Positions 30,120 through 32,000 of a stretch of 32,000 nucleotides of DNA are shown here, in pieces. Both the position numbers and the translations under genes were made by a program. How positions within the stretch are numbered: the first letter of the stretch is position 1; every line of letters begins with the position of its first letter. The notes under the pieces are model-generated. The model was not told where the DNA came from. It saw only the letters and a list, made by a program, of their open reading frames with translations, and did no database searches. The stretch is from NCBI GenBank assembly GCA_963706795.1, contig OY970170.1, forward strand, positions 180,001-212,000, in the 5' to 3' direction. The stretch comes from Candidatus Saccharimonadota bacterium (GTDB lineage: Bacteria > Patescibacteriota > Gracilibacteria > BD1-5 > UBA2023).

Positions 30120-30152
30120 ATCCTACTCGCCAAAATTAAGGAAAGATTAAGG
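30120..30152 (-). promoter_or_regulatory. tandem 11-bp direct repeats plus -10-like hexamer upstream of the DipZ-like gene
   Basis: On the - strand: CCTTAATCTTT CCTTAATTTTG, 5 nt, TAGGAT, ending 27 nt upstream of the ATG at 30092. Confidence 0.55.
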
Positions 30153-30300
30153 CATTATTCGCAGAAATACATGGAGAATTTTGCGAAAAAATCTCAGCTC
30201 TCCTATCTCCTGGTATACTCGGACAGTTTTTTAAACCTCATCTGCCGAATTCCGAATTCGTGACTATACTGTGTCTCATTCCAATCCCAACTCGAACGTA

Positions 30301-32000
30301 ATGCATCCACTCGAAGATATTCTCAAAAATACGTTCAAACTCGAATCTTTCCGAGAAGGACAGCAAGAAGTCATCCAGAGCGTCGTCTCTGGCAACAACA
30401 CACTCGTTTTTATGCCGACCGGAGGTGGCAAATCCCTCACCTATCAACTCCCCTGAATGGCGCGAGAAGGAGTCGCTATTGTGATCTCGCCACTCATCTC
30501 GCTGATGAAAGATCAGGTCGACAAACTCAATAGTCTTGGTGTCCATGCTGAGCTTATTAACTCGACAATTTCACCTGCTGAGCAGCAGGAAATCCTCGAT
30601 GAAATCCGCTATACCAACGAGGAAGACGTAGCGCCGATTAAATTTTTGTATATAGCCCCAGAGCGTCTCGGTTCGCAGTCGTTTTTGCGAGCCGTAAGTC
30701 AGATCAAAGTTGCCCTCGTTGCAATCGACGAAGCTCACTGTGTCAGCCAATGGTGACATGATTTCCGTCCGAGCTACATGCGGATCAAGGATTTTTTAAA
30801 TCGCCTGAAGGAGCATTCGGATTTCCCAACTATTGCACTCACAGCTACAGCTACTAAAAAGGTGCGCGAGGATATTGTCGGTCGACTCGGACTCACCAAG
30901 TACAACGTCTTTACAAAGGGATTTGATCGCAAAAATATCATTATCCTCGTACGTGAAATCAGCGCAAAATCCGAAAAACTCACGAAAACACTCGAGATCG
31001 TAAACAAGGTTGCTGGCTCTGGAATCATCTACTGTTCAAGCCGTAAAATGGTGAGTGAAGTCTATGACTTTTTACTCTCCAAGGGTGTTGCTGTCGGTAT
31101 GTATACTGGCGGCATGGAGAGCGGAAATCGCGAAAATACACAAAATAGCTTCATGAATGATGACTACAAAGTCATCGTTGCTACCAATGCCTTCGGTATG
31201 GGAATCGACAAAAAAGATATACGATTTGTCATTCACTACAATCTCCCAGGCAGCATCGAAAACTACTACCAAGAAGTCGGCCGAGCCGGACGCGATGGCA
31301 AAAATTCATTTGGCGTCGTACTCGCAAGCTATGGTGATACCAAAATCCAAGAATTCTTCATCGAAAATAGCCATCCGAGCAAAACAGCAATTTTTGCCCT
31401 CTACGACAGCCTGTATGAGGGATTCGAAATGGGGCAATGAAAGGGTGAGCCTATTCTCAAAACCCAAGCCGTTATGGCTAAAGAGGCCGGCCTCGAGAGC
31501 CCGATGCAAGTCGCAAGCATCCTCAAACTCTTTGAGCGCTATGGCATAGTCGACAAAGGATTTGAATGAGAAATTGACGAAGGATTTCGTGGGCGCGGTA
31601 TTACGCTCGCCCTTCCAAAAATGCCGACGAGCAAATTACCAATCGAGTGGGACAAGCAGCAACTTCTTGAACAAGAAGCTAATTTTAAGCTCGAACAGAT
31701 TAAAAAACTCCTCTTCTTTCCAAGTTGTCGCAAACGTTTTATCTTGGAATATTTTGGAGATACCGAGGACCTCGCCACCCTCAGCGAAAATTGTGGTGCC
31801 TGCGACTATTGTATTGAGAAGGATAAATTCCTAAGCGGTGCCGATGCGGTGATGGTCAATCTCTCAGTATTTGAAATCGTGCTCGACGCAATCGAAAAAT
31901 ACGATGGCAAATTTGGTGGCAAGCTCATCGCCGATTTTTTGCTCGGGAATTCTGACGCCAAGATCACTGCTCGCAATATGGACGAAGACGAGAACTATGG
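30301..32000 (+). CDS. recQ: ATP-dependent DNA helicase RecQ; 3' end outside window
   Basis: FREGQQEVI, MPTGGGKSLTYQLP-[TGA], ISPLISLMKDQVDKL, DEAHCVSQW-[TGA=G]-HDFRPSY, and the Zn-binding CRKRFILEYFGD...CGACDYC. Four in-frame TGA (30454, 30757, 31438, 31567). GTG 30271 is an alternative start. Confidence 0.92.

Noticed and set aside
30244-30257. Tandem CCGAATT CCGAATT (two overlapping EcoRI sites) upstream of recQ.
   Set aside because: Only two 7-bp copies with no second occurrence in the window. This is too short to distinguish from chance.

Overview
This 32-kb chromosomal segment is only coherent under translation table 25 (UGA = Gly). That points to a Gracilibacteria/Absconditabacteria (SR1)-type Candidate Phyla Radiation bacterium. 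ORF-track fragments of dnaN, a Nudix hydrolase, atpG, hflX, recQ, a DipZ-like fusion and others join in frame across TGA codons. Those TGA codons sit at invariant glycine positions, and every homology-supported complete gene ends in TAA or TAG. Content is mostly housekeeping. It includes dnaN (partial), a Nudix hydrolase, an EamA transporter and the F1Fo ATP synthase genes (atpB-E-F-H-A, an orphan gene, atpG, then rnhA, with atpD-C as a separate unit). It also includes hflX, a phosphodiester-glycosidase-like gene, trpS, topA, an 811-aa type IV pilin-like/FecR-domain protein, ppa and a THUMP RNA methyltransferase. The rest comprises several membrane proteins, a COG4741-type endonuclease, a RibL-like nucleotidyltransferase, DedA, a Met-rich secreted repeat protein, a CcdA-thioredoxin (DipZ-like) fusion and recQ (partial). 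I saw no rRNA, tRNA, CRISPR array, transposase, integrase or recognisable defence system. Five things deserve a second look. (1) A 293-aa orphan gene is wedged between atpA and atpG, next to a half-length delta subunit. (2) The atp cluster is split by three opposite-strand genes. Two of them are divergent alpha-solenoid paralogs that have the only strong Shine-Dalgarno sites seen, and both end their conserved body on TGA about 20 nt before a conserved terminator hairpin. (3) An identical promoter architecture (two tandem 11-bp CCTTAATCTTG repeats, 5 bp, then TAnnnT) sits in front of both the DipZ-like gene and the Met-rich protein gene. (4) The giant pilin-like protein is dense in UGA-Gly codons. 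(5) UGA usage is strongly skewed away from core genes. All functional calls rest on my reading of motifs, and no database search was run.
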